Below, piece by piece: positions 1-9,235 of a stretch of 64,000 nucleotides of DNA. The notes below the pieces were generated by a model, which was not told where the DNA came from, searched no databases, and saw only the letters and a program-made list of their open reading frames with translations. This DNA comes from Promethearchaeota archaeon (GTDB lineage: Archaea > Asgardarchaeota > Lokiarchaeia > Sigyniarchaeales > SOKP01), in contig JAEOTP010000034.1 of assembly GCA_016839765.1 (NCBI GenBank), positions 36,606-100,605 on the forward strand, written 5' to 3'. The position numbers were made by a program, and so were the translations under genes. Each line of letters opens with the position of its first letter. Positions within the stretch are counted from its first letter, which is position 1.

Positions 1-426
1 CTTCCTTTCTTAGTGGAAGATAGATTTAATATTCTTATGAAGCTAGATCAAGTTAATGACAAAGCAGAATTTTTTGCTCGGTTTCTCCAAGTTTATCCAT
101 TCAAGCTTTATGCTGACATTAAGGAAAAGTTTATAACATTATGCGATTCTTGTTATAAAACAGTTAAAGAATTGATAAATATTGCTACATTAATAGAAAC
201 GGATTTTGATGGAGCCTATAAAGTAACGTTTAACGTAGAATCAAATAGAAGAGAAGCTCGTAAAGCAAAATTTGAATTATTAGATATTCTATTTAAGAAA
301 AAAGATGATCCTACTAAGATTTACCTAACTTCTAAACTTGTAACATATATTTACGATATTGCTTCTTGGGCCGAACAAACTTCAGATTATTTAAGAGGAT
401 TAATAATAAAATATCCAACAAGATAA
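1..426 (+). CDS. DUF47/PhoU-like phosphate transport regulator, 5'-truncated by window edge
   Basis: Frame open from base 1 (LPFLVEDRF...); helical DUF47-like pattern (RFNILMKLDQVNDKAE...VESNRREAR...IASWAEQTSD); 21 bp upstream of a PiT transporter, the usual DUF47-pit pairing. Confidence 0.75.
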   Translation, partial: LPFLVEDRFNILMKLDQVNDKAEFFARFLQVYPFKLYADIKEKFITLCDSCYKTVKELINIATLIETDFDGAYKVTFNVESNRREARKAKFELLDILFKKKDDPTKIYLTSKLVTYIYDIASWAEQTSDYLRGLIIKYPTR

Positions 427-447
427 ATTATAGACGGTAGAAAAGAT

Positions 448-1416
448 ATGGAACTAATGTATATCATTACTATTTTTTTGGTTATTTCAATCATTATTAG
501 TTTTGGAATAGGTGCTAACGATGAAACTATGGCTACTCTATATGGTTCAAAAACATTAAGAATGAAAGAATTACTTATTCTCGCAAGTATCTTTGCAATT
601 TTGGGCGCATTAGTATTAGGAGAGGGTGTAAGTGAAACTATAGGGAATAACCTATTATCTATTGAGGTTACAACTTCAATTGTATTAACAATACTAATTT
701 CTACAGCCATTTGGCTAATTGTTTCTTCTGCATTAGGTTTGCCAATTTCTACCACGCACGCAACTATTGGTTCAATTATCGGAGTGGGAATTTTATTAGG
801 TGGAGGTTTTGGAATAAATTGGCTTACTATTTTGGAGATGGGAATTTGGTGGATATTATCGCCAGTTATAGGATATATTGTTACTTATTTCGCGTATAAA
901 GCAATTCACAAGGTAATAATTAATCGGCTCTCAGGTTTCAGAAGTTTTGAAAAAACAGAAAAAAATTTCTCTTACATTTTACTGGCGGTTATCTGTTGGA
1001 CTGCCTTTTCTAGAGCTGGGAATGACTGTTCAAATGCAGTTGGCATTGTGGTAGGCGCTGGAGCTGGAATAGATATTACAATCCTATTAATAATTACTGG
1101 GCTTAGCTTTGCAAGTGGAATAGTGATTTTAGGAAGAGGCGTGATAAAAAATGTTGGAACAATTACAGAGCTACACCCAAGTACTGCTTTTGCAAGTGAA
1201 ATTCCTACTGCAGTTATATTGTTCTTTGGAACCCTATTAGGAATCCCATTATCCGGTTCACATATGTTGGTTGCATCATTGGTAGGATTAGCAAAGGCTA
1301 GAAGAGCACCAACAAGCAAGGGTCTATGGAAAATTGTTTTAATATGGTTAATAACTTTTCCAGTAGCAGCAATTCTTTCTATTGCGATCTTCTTTCCTAT
1401 TAATATGATTATATAA
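448..1416 (+). CDS. pit: Inorganic phosphate transporter, PiT family
   Basis: GAND signature, LGLPISTTHA and LGIPLSGSH motifs, second repeat AGNDCSNA, many TM helices. Confidence 0.9.
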   Translation: MELMYIITIFLVISIIISFGIGANDETMATLYGSKTLRMKELLILASIFAILGALVLGEGVSETIGNNLLSIEVTTSIVLTILISTAIWLIVSSALGLPISTTHATIGSIIGVGILLGGGFGINWLTILEMGIWWILSPVIGYIVTYFAYKAIHKVIINRLSGFRSFEKTEKNFSYILLAVICWTAFSRAGNDCSNAVGIVVGAGAGIDITILLIITGLSFASGIVILGRGVIKNVGTITELHPSTAFASEIPTAVILFFGTLLGIPLSGSHMLVASLVGLAKARRAPTSKGLWKIVLIWLITFPVAAILSIAIFFPINMII

Positions 1417-1508
1417 TTTTTCTTTATTATTAGGTTAGCTCTTTTCAATATAATATTTATATAATTCAGGTTACTTACTAATTTTATCAAACTATAAAAT
1501 TATGTAAT

Positions 1509-2330
1509 GTGATCGAAATGTCAAACAATAGAAAAGGTCTTATTGGAATCATCATAGGGATGTTTCTTGTAGGAGGTTTAGCAGGTGGATTTATTGGTTA
1601 TTTCTTTCCAAGGGGAGTACCAACCGCAGGTTCTTTTAATGCTGTTATTGATGGATATTTCAATGAAGATGAGGGATGGCAATATTCTGATTGGCAATAT
1701 ACAGAATATCTGCTAACTGATGATGATAATCTAGATTGTTTTAACTTTTTTTATGTTCATTTAACTCAATCATCACTTTATATCTTAGTAGATTTTGTTA
1801 GTGATATTACAAATGATACGACTGACGAATATCTTGCTGTCTGGATTGACACTGACAATTCTCAAACAACTTTTTATGGTGATATTGATTGGAACAGTTT
1901 TGTTGGTGCTCCAGGACATGAACTGTTATGCTATATACCACAAACAAATACGATTAATGATACTTTGCGTATTGATGTCTGGTCAATTACAAATATATAT
2001 TTAACAACTTTAAATGAATCAGAGTCTACAGTTAAGTTTGGATTCCAATCTTCAATAAATGGGGTACAATTACATCGAATTTTTGAAATTGAAATAAATA
2101 GAGATTCACTAAGTGCATTTAATGCTACTAATTTTAATTTAGGTTTTCTAGGTTATGGAACAGTATTAATTCCCTTATACTTTGACACTGGTTTTTGGGG
2201 CGCTCCAACGCTATTTTCTTCAGACTTTTATTATTGCAATTATTTCTATCTTTCTGGATGGATAAGAGAAGCTGCTTTCTTTAAATGTGGATATGGAACT
2301 GGTATATATGATTTAACAAATAAACCTTAA
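1509..2330 (+). CDS. Membrane-anchored extracytoplasmic protein, possible DOMON/CBM9-like beta-sandwich
   Basis: N-terminal Gly-rich TM helix; VIDG..EGW, LYILVDF, LAVWIDTDN, FEIEI pattern resembles DOMON/CBM9-like folds. Confidence 0.45.
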   Translation: MIEMSNNRKGLIGIIIGMFLVGGLAGGFIGYFFPRGVPTAGSFNAVIDGYFNEDEGWQYSDWQYTEYLLTDDDNLDCFNFFYVHLTQSSLYILVDFVSDITNDTTDEYLAVWIDTDNSQTTFYGDIDWNSFVGAPGHELLCYIPQTNTINDTLRIDVWSITNIYLTTLNESESTVKFGFQSSINGVQLHRIFEIEINRDSLSAFNATNFNLGFLGYGTVLIPLYFDTGFWGAPTLFSSDFYYCNYFYLSGWIREAAFFKCGYGTGIYDLTNKP

Positions 2331-2648
2331 AATTAACCTTAAAATTAAATCAAAATTTTTTTTCTTTATTTTGCGGAAAAAGGGATATTCCTTGATACAG
2401 ATTTAATTTTTTTTATATAATGTATTTTTAGCATTTCAGTATAAATTCATTTGTTCAAATCGTGCTTGAGCAAATATTTTCATTCGAAGTCAAGTCATGC
2501 GCTTAAAAGGGATAATAATAAATATCATTATAAATATTTTACTAACTCCTAATTACATATTAAATGAAAAAAGAAAATAAGATTTTAGTTTTTGATATAT
2601 AATTTACTTTTGAACCCTGAATTAGAACTTCAGGAAGTTTTTTTGAGA

Positions 2649-2963
2649 TTACCCTTTTACATCTTTTTTCAGTTTCATTAAAACGGGGAGACTTTTTGCA
2701 ACTTCTATAGCGGGGGAGGTTTTGACAAATTTTATAAGACCAGGACGCGCAATTCTCCACATATTAGTACTTCTGACCATCGCCTCTTCACTCTCGGCTT
2801 CAGTTAAACTAATCCCCCAATAGTCTGATGTACTTACATGAAAAACAATATCATTAATTCCTTCAGTGGGATAAATTTTTTTGCTAATTAACTCTTGAGC
2901 TACTTCAGCTATCTCGGTTGGATCCAGATCAGGGTTAAGTTCCCAGTATGAAATAAATAACAC
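2649..2963 (-). CDS. DUF3303-like small protein
   Basis: MLFISYWEL..., YWGISLTEAESEEA, KTSPAI pattern; GGTGG upstream of GTG start. Confidence 0.55.
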   Translation of the reverse strand: MLFISYWELNPDLDPTEIAEVAQELISKKIYPTEGINDIVFHVSTSDYWGISLTEAESEEAMVRSTNMWRIARPGLIKFVKTSPAIEVAKSLPVLMKLKKDVKG

Positions 2964-3166
2964 TTTTTTACCACCTTAAGTATAAATTTAATATTTTTTT
3001 CACTTTTTATGAATTAGATTTCAAATTAATGTACAAAGAAATATATATCTATTTAAATCTTTAAAGCTTTGTAAGAATAATCTTATGCAAGAGAACAATA
3101 AAAAAAGCAAATTAAATAAGCTTTTAAATCGATTAATTGTGCTTGAATCCTTATATTATGCCATTC

Positions 3167-4549
3167 TTATATTTTTTCAAACCTAGCTTGAAAAAATCTT
3201 AAATATTTAGGTTCATAAATCATTTTCAAACCCTTTATTATATCTCGTTTTTCATAAAGTCTTATAATAGATTTTGCCGTGTATTCCATGTGCGTATTTG
3301 TGTAAACCCTTCGTGGAATGGTTAATCGTACTAATTCCAATGCTGGAAAAATATTTTCTCCTGTTTCCTTATCCCTTCCCTTAGATACAGCTCCTCGCTC
3401 CATAGTTCTTACTGCTGAATCCTCATATATGGCCGCAGCTAACGTCTGAGCTGGCCATTGATTCCTCGGAAGATGTGGTAAGAATTTCAATGCATTGAGA
3501 AATACAGCATGTCCACCAATGGGTTTAACGATAGGTACACCAACATCCATGAGCATTTCTCCCAAATGACGTACTTGGTTTATACGATATTTGAGATAAT
3601 TATATTCTGCTCCTTCTCTCAAACCACGCGATAGAGCCTCCAGATCTCTGCCAGCGAGTCCCCCGTAAGTGTGGAGCCCCTCATAAACTACAACCATGCT
3701 TCTGGTATGTTCGAAAATATCTTTCTCGTTTGTAGCAAGAAATCCACCAATATTTACTAGGCAATCCTTCTTGCTAGAATAAATACATCCATCCGAATAA
3801 CTCATCATTTCTCTGAGAATTTCTATAATTGGTGTACTTTCATAACCTTTTTCGCGTTCACGGATGAAATACGCATTTTCACTTGAGCGAGTAGCATCAA
3901 AAATAATTCTTAATCTATAATCATCGCAAAATTCTCGTAAATTTCTTAAATTCTCCATAGAAATAGGTTGCCCTCCAGCCATATTAACATCCATTTCTAC
4001 ATTAACAAACGCAATTTTATCAACACCATATTCATCAATGAATGCTTGTAGTTTTTGTAGGTCAACATTTCCTTTAAAAGGGTGCTCATTTTCTGGATCA
4101 TGCGCCTCATCAATAATAATATCCACCATCTTCCCTCCAGGTAATTCAACATGAACTTTTGAAGTAGTAAAGTACATATTTCGAGGGACAAGTTGTTCTG
4201 GTTGTACCAGATAGCTATACATTAAATGTTCAGCAGCACGTCCTTGATGAGTAGGTACAACATATTTAAAACCTAAAACATCTTGTATTGATTTCTCCAA
4301 ATGATAGAAGTTACGTGCACCAGCATATGCTTCATCTCCCAACATCAGACCTGCCCATTGATTATCTGACATTGCAGAAGTACCAGAATCAGTTAATAAG
4401 TCAATGAAAACATCTTCAGATTTTAACAAAAATGTATTATAACCTGCTTCTTGAATTGCTTCTTTTCTTCTTTTTTCATCTGGCATTCCCACATGTTCAA
4501 TCATTTTAATTTTAAAAGGCTCAACAGGACCATTCATATTCTTAAACAC
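3167..4549 (-). CDS. tpl: Tyrosine phenol-lyase (PLP beta-eliminating lyase)
   Basis: IDLLTDSGT, GDEAYAG, PTHQGR, SSKKD (PLP Lys), RLTIPRRVYT; NMYFTT and LRFF residues favour TPL over tryptophanase (FDTT/RHF). Start may be the ATG at 4537. Confidence 0.88.
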   Translation of the reverse strand: MFKNMNGPVEPFKIKMIEHVGMPDEKRRKEAIQEAGYNTFLLKSEDVFIDLLTDSGTSAMSDNQWAGLMLGDEAYAGARNFYHLEKSIQDVLGFKYVVPTHQGRAAEHLMYSYLVQPEQLVPRNMYFTTSKVHVELPGGKMVDIIIDEAHDPENEHPFKGNVDLQKLQAFIDEYGVDKIAFVNVEMDVNMAGGQPISMENLRNLREFCDDYRLRIIFDATRSSENAYFIREREKGYESTPIIEILREMMSYSDGCIYSSKKDCLVNIGGFLATNEKDIFEHTRSMVVVYEGLHTYGGLAGRDLEALSRGLREGAEYNYLKYRINQVRHLGEMLMDVGVPIVKPIGGHAVFLNALKFLPHLPRNQWPAQTLAAAIYEDSAVRTMERGAVSKGRDKETGENIFPALELVRLTIPRRVYTNTHMEYTAKSIIRLYEKRDIIKGLKMIYEPKYLRFFQARFEKI

Positions 4550-4794
4550 ATTATTTATTAATTAAATGTATAAGTATCTTGGAGTAGAAAAAGATTTTTG
4601 CTAAAATAACCCAAAATTTTCCCATTAAAATAGAGAATTCCATTATTTTATATATATTGATGAAAGGATCAGAGGAAATAGTAATCCCATAATTTAAAAT
4701 AATAGGTTTGAAGATTAAAAATATATACAAAAATGTCTTAGTGTTTATCAAAATCAATTTTAATTTTAACGTTAAAAAGTGAATTTAAGATAAA

Positions 4795-5988
4795 ATGGCA
4801 CCAGTAATGATTTGGAACCCTATAGAACGATTTTTATGGGGTATAGCTATCGCATTTTTAATAGCCTGCGGGCTTCGATATTTAAATAAAGGGAGAAAAA
4901 GGGAACTCTTAAATGAAAAGATATTGATGTTTGGTTATGCTGGTTTTCTTATATTTATATCGTTCACTCAAATATTTATTTATCTTTTTGATCTTCAAGT
5001 TCAAGGTATTATGATAGATGATACATTTTATGGTACTTACGATTACACAGATTATAGTTTAACATTTGAAATTTTGCATAAATTACTTTCAGCTTCTTTT
5101 GCTATAGGGGTTACAATATTCTTTCTAGCGTTTGAGATTACCATAAAGCGGACAAAATATATTCTTACAATAGTAAATAGTATATTCTCGATTTTGATTA
5201 TTGTCCTACCTTTAAGTTTGTCAAGAGACATTGCTGATTATTTTGTTGGAACATTATCGATAATTTTAATTACATTTATCATATATTTACATACAAAGTG
5301 GTCTCGGCTTGAGTTTAAAGCAATTTCTTCCTTTTTATTGCTCGGCTTCTTATTAATTGAGAAAGGAATTTTTCTAAGTGGAAGTAATTATAAATCTATT
5401 AATGTTTTTCCTTTAGTATTAGGTCCCATTGTCTACATATTAGGAACTTCTATGATTTTAATTCCAACAATCATTAATCCAAAAGTAATTTCAAGAGCTT
5501 TAGTTTATTGGTTAGTAGGTGGTGTTCTTTTTTTTCTGGTAGATTTAGCTATATTTATAACTTTGATATTTAGTGGTTTTATTCCAATTGTTTTGATAAT
5601 AAATATAGTAGGATTAACATATCGTATGATAATCTTCTTACTAATTATTAAGGATATAAAATCAGGAGCTAGTCAAAAGGCAAAAGGTGAGAAAATAGAT
5701 AAGGTCCAAGATGTTTTAGGAGTATTTATTAGACCTGAAAGGATTACTGAGGAAGAATTATCAATTTGCAGGGAAAAAAAAGTATGTTTGGTTTGTAAAG
5801 CAAAAATAGGGGGTTTTAATACTTTTATTTGCTTAGAATGCGATACTTTATATTGCGAGAATTGTGCTCGAACACTCTCCAACATGGAAAACGCGTGTTG
5901 GGTTTGTAATGCTCCTTTTGATGAAACAAAACCCTCAAAACATTATGAAATATCAAAAGAGAAAGAGCCAATTAAAAAGATTAAATAA
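4795..5988 (+). CDS. Polytopic membrane protein with C-terminal C4C4 RING-like zinc finger
   Basis: Multiple hydrophobic helices, then CLVC-x11-CLEC-x4-CENC-x10-CWVC. Confidence 0.8.
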   Translation: MAPVMIWNPIERFLWGIAIAFLIACGLRYLNKGRKRELLNEKILMFGYAGFLIFISFTQIFIYLFDLQVQGIMIDDTFYGTYDYTDYSLTFEILHKLLSASFAIGVTIFFLAFEITIKRTKYILTIVNSIFSILIIVLPLSLSRDIADYFVGTLSIILITFIIYLHTKWSRLEFKAISSFLLLGFLLIEKGIFLSGSNYKSINVFPLVLGPIVYILGTSMILIPTIINPKVISRALVYWLVGGVLFFLVDLAIFITLIFSGFIPIVLIINIVGLTYRMIIFLLIIKDIKSGASQKAKGEKIDKVQDVLGVFIRPERITEEELSICREKKVCLVCKAKIGGFNTFICLECDTLYCENCARTLSNMENACWVCNAPFDETKPSKHYEISKEKEPIKKIK

Positions 5989-6081
5989 ACCCAAATCAAA
6001 TAGAATTAATAAAGTTTAATAGATAGGTATAACGCAATAAGGAAATTTATCTAAATCCATCACAGAAATCACTATTTTCGT

Positions 6082-6516
6082 TTAAAACTTAATTTTCATA
6101 ATTTCATCCTCTGAATCACTAGAACCCATAAGGATGCAATTTGATAAGTTTGAATTTCTAAGGTTCAATGTACTATTTTTGGTAATAATGCAGTTTTCAA
6201 GCTTTAAATTTTCTCCAATCTTTACATTCTCAAAAACAATCGAATTTGAAATCTCTGTATAATCTCCGATTTCTGAATTAGCTCCGATATATACGTTGGG
6301 CCCTAAGAGGACGTCATCGCCAATTTTAACATTTTCTTCTAAAAAAACAGGTTCAATAAAAGTCGGATAATCACCAATATAACTTGCGATTCTATTTTTG
6401 ATTTCTGATAAAAATGAATTAAATAATATTTTTAAATCAACAGTTTTAATATTTTCAGGATTATTTATTATTTCTTCAATTTCCATTATTTTTTTTTTCA
6501 TAGATTCCATCTTCAA
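6082..6516 (-). CDS. Left-handed beta-helix (hexapeptide repeat) protein, like the NDP-sugar synthase C-terminal domain
   Basis: PVFLEENVKIGDDVLLGPNVYIGANSEIGD...ISNSIVFENVKIG; no nucleotidyltransferase domain. Confidence 0.75.
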   Translation of the reverse strand: MKMESMKKKIMEIEEIINNPENIKTVDLKILFNSFLSEIKNRIASYIGDYPTFIEPVFLEENVKIGDDVLLGPNVYIGANSEIGDYTEISNSIVFENVKIGENLKLENCIITKNSTLNLRNSNLSNCILMGSSDSEDEIMKIKF

Positions 6517-6542
6517 TAATTATCTCCAATTTTTTATTAAGA

Positions 6543-7259
6543 TTATAATCCCATCAATTCTATTAATTTTTCAATATTATCACCTGTCTTAGCACTCGTA
6601 GTAATTACATCTATATTTGGATTAATTTTTTTAGCGTCATTAGTCATTTTACCAAGATTTGTACCTAATCTCTCTAATAGATCAATTTTATTTATAACGG
6701 CAATATCTGACATTTTAAACAGCATTGGATGCTTTTCGATTACCCACTCTCCTTCCGTAATCGATACGATTACAATTCGTTTATCTGTTCCAAGTATAAA
6801 TTCGGATGGACATATTAGATTTCCAACATTTTCAATAAAAACTACATCATACTTTTCTAAATCTTTATTTTTAATAATTTGATGTATGTGGTATGCATTT
6901 AGAGCGCATTCACGACCTGTATTGATTTGTATCGTTTCTGCATTATATTGTTCAATCCGATTTGCATCTACTCGTGTGGTTATATCACCACATATTACCA
7001 ATATTTTATATTTCTGTGCTAATTTTTCAGCTATTTTCTCTAAAATTGCTGTTTTTCCAGCACCAATCGCTCCCACAATATCAAATGATTTAATATTATT
7101 GTCTATTAAGTTTTGATGTATTTTTTGAGCTAATAATTCATTATCTTGTTGTACCTGTTTTTTAGTTTGAACAACCAAATCTCGAATTTCATCTGTTGCA
7201 AGATTTGTACTTTCAAGTTCTTTTATTCTAGTTATTTCTTCTTTTTCTTCTTCTGAAAT
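6543..7259 (-). CDS. hypB: Hydrogenase nickel-insertion GTPase HypB (probable ATT start at 7259; ORF track start 7178)
   Basis: GAIGAGKT, INTGREC, ENVGNLICP, ITEGE..KHP, NKID, SAKTG. Confidence 0.88.
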   Translation of the reverse strand: MSEEEKEEITRIKELESTNLATDEIRDLVVQTKKQVQQDNELLAQKIHQNLIDNNIKSFDIVGAIGAGKTAILEKIAEKLAQKYKILVICGDITTRVDANRIEQYNAETIQINTGRECALNAYHIHQIIKNKDLEKYDVVFIENVGNLICPSEFILGTDKRIVIVSITEGEWVIEKHPMLFKMSDIAVINKIDLLERLGTNLGKMTNDAKKINPNIDVITTSAKTGDNIEKLIELMGL

Positions 7260-7271
7260 CTAAAATCACCT

Positions 7272-7505
7272 TTAATTAAAAAGTTCTAAGCCCAACTTTA
7301 TAATGAATGTTATATTTAGATAAAATTTTTGTTTTTTACCATAATCAGTAAAGCAAAAATAAAAGGCGTCATTTAAATAAACATATTGGAATGGACAAAT
7401 ATAAGGAAAATTTCCATAAATAAAAGCAATTCTGCAACTATTTGCATCTAAGATTGGTTTTTTTATTTCACTTTCAGCCATTTTTGGTAACTTTACAATT
7501 CCCAT
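7272..7505 (-). pseudogene. Truncated pyridoxamine 5'-phosphate oxidase-like (flavin-binding) gene
   Basis: CRIAF..FPYICPFQYVY..FYFCFTDYGKK matches the family N-terminal half, then sequence diverges and stops at 77 aa. Confidence 0.6.
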
Positions 7506-7607
7506 TTCAACTCAATCTTTTCTCAATTTATTACATAATAAAAAAATATCATATTTTTAAAGATATCTTTTTTTATTTAAATTAAAACATTTTATACCTA
7601 TAAGGGG

Positions 7608-8531
7608 TTATTTTGAGAATTTTAAAACAATAATATTTGCTATTAAAATTAATACTCCCCCTATTAATGTGAAAATGGATAAATTTTTTAAAAAAATAAT
7701 CGTATTTATTGTCGCCATAACGGGTTCAAAATAAGAAAGAATCACTATATTTCCTCCTTTATCATTTTTTACTCCTACATTATATAATGTAAACGCTAAA
7801 GCAGTAGGGATTAAACCTAGTAAAAAACTAAAACCAATATCAACTAAGGATAATCTTGGTATATCTGCTGCTCCTAAAGGTAAGAAAATTAAAAAAAGGA
7901 GGAGAGTGGTTAACCATGATAAAAAAAGATCAAAATTGCCATTTGATTTAATGTTTTTTTGAGTTCTAATTCTTTTATTATAGATTTTCTTTTTTGAATA
8001 TACTAGAATCGCTAAATTTAATCCAGACAAAATACCAATAATAATACCCGGTGAGATTAAATTTCCATTCCAAAATTCCATTATAATTGCTACACCTATT
8101 ATTGCTAAAATAAAACTAATAATATTTATCCTTGATACTTTTTCCTCCTTAGAAATTATTAAAAGGATAAGAAGAAAAATTCCACTCGTGTATAGCAAAA
8201 AAGCCGCAATAGCATATCCTGAAATAAGAATATTTAAGAAATATAGAAAAATAACTAGCGGATTTGTAATACATAGTAGAATAAGATATTTCCAATGGAG
8301 TTTTAAATTTTCTTTAAAAAATTTTTTTGAAAAGGATTTTGAAATTAACATATATATAGTTAGAAATAAAGTACCAAAAATACCTCTAAGCAATACTATT
8401 GTATATACCGGAAAGTTAGATAATAAAGTTATAAATAAACCTACATTTCCCATAAAAATACCAGATAAAAACATGCAGATTTTAGATATTACTGGTTTAA
8501 CATAAAATTTTGTTGATTCCATCCAAATCAA
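7608..8531 (-). CDS. EamA/DMT family transporter
   Basis: About 10 TM helices; LGLIPTALAFTLY, ILSYFEPV, LIGGVLIL. Confidence 0.85.
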   Translation of the reverse strand: MIWMESTKFYVKPVISKICMFLSGIFMGNVGLFITLLSNFPVYTIVLLRGIFGTLFLTIYMLISKSFSKKFFKENLKLHWKYLILLCITNPLVIFLYFLNILISGYAIAAFLLYTSGIFLLILLIISKEEKVSRINIISFILAIIGVAIIMEFWNGNLISPGIIIGILSGLNLAILVYSKKKIYNKRIRTQKNIKSNGNFDLFLSWLTTLLLFLIFLPLGAADIPRLSLVDIGFSFLLGLIPTALAFTLYNVGVKNDKGGNIVILSYFEPVMATINTIIFLKNLSIFTLIGGVLILIANIIVLKFSK

Positions 8532-8576
8532 TGATTCATTCGTTTTTTTAAAGGATTTACAAAACAGGAAGTTTTT

Positions 8577-9128
8577 TTATTCAATTCCATAAAAATCAAG
8601 AGCTAAAGGCACGGTATGTCGATGAAAATAAAGTGCATCTAAAGATTGGATAAACTGATAATTATTCAAAATTTCTTTCAATTGGCCTAAATTTAATTTA
8701 TGCAGATTATGGTTTTGTATTAAAATCTTAGGAATTTTCTTCTCTACGCTTCGAAGTTTTTTTATTAAAACTTTCTTGCATAACAGAGGGTTAAAAGTAC
8801 CTAAAAACTCAATCAGGTTTATTAAAAATGTTCCAGATTCATTATTAATTGCAAATATTACTGGTTTGGTTGCCTTTAGAGAATTAATTGATATTATTTG
8901 TTTAAAAGCAATTCTTCTAATTGATTCATTTGAATCACTAATCAATAAATTTTCTAAAAAATTAAATGTCTTAGAATCTTTTAAACCTAACTTTTTGAAG
9001 TATTTGATATACTTGATTCTCAAATTCTCATCTTGACTGTTTTCTATTAATAATTTTAGTATATCAGGATTGAATCTATCAATTACACCCCTATGCTTAA
9101 TATTTTTGGAGTTATTATCCATATCCAA
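8577..9128 (-). CDS. HEAT-repeat protein
   Basis: LIENSQDENLRIK, LENLLISDSNESIRRIA. Confidence 0.6.
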   Translation of the reverse strand: MDMDNNSKNIKHRGVIDRFNPDILKLLIENSQDENLRIKYIKYFKKLGLKDSKTFNFLENLLISDSNESIRRIAFKQIISINSLKATKPVIFAINNESGTFLINLIEFLGTFNPLLCKKVLIKKLRSVEKKIPKILIQNHNLHKLNLGQLKEILNNYQFIQSLDALYFHRHTVPLALDFYGIE

Positions 9129-9235
9129 GTTTAGAATTAAAATCTATTCAACATTTTATCTTGATAAATAAAAAGAAACGTAGAATATAATCTTTGAAGA
9201 CTTCATGTAATAGTTTGATTATTTAAAAAAAAAGA

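Noticed and set aside
972-1490. Antisense or nested ORFs (e.g. 387..755, 972..1490, 27185..27490, 51863..52252, 55367..55663)
   Set aside because: Overlap well-supported genes and carry no motifs of their own
2436-2510. Short minus-strand frame MKIFAQARFEQ resembling the TPL C-terminus (FFQARFEK)
   Set aside because: Match is too short; probably coincidental
3167-4549. Tryptophanase (tnaA) call
   Set aside because: Specificity positions match tyrosine phenol-lyase
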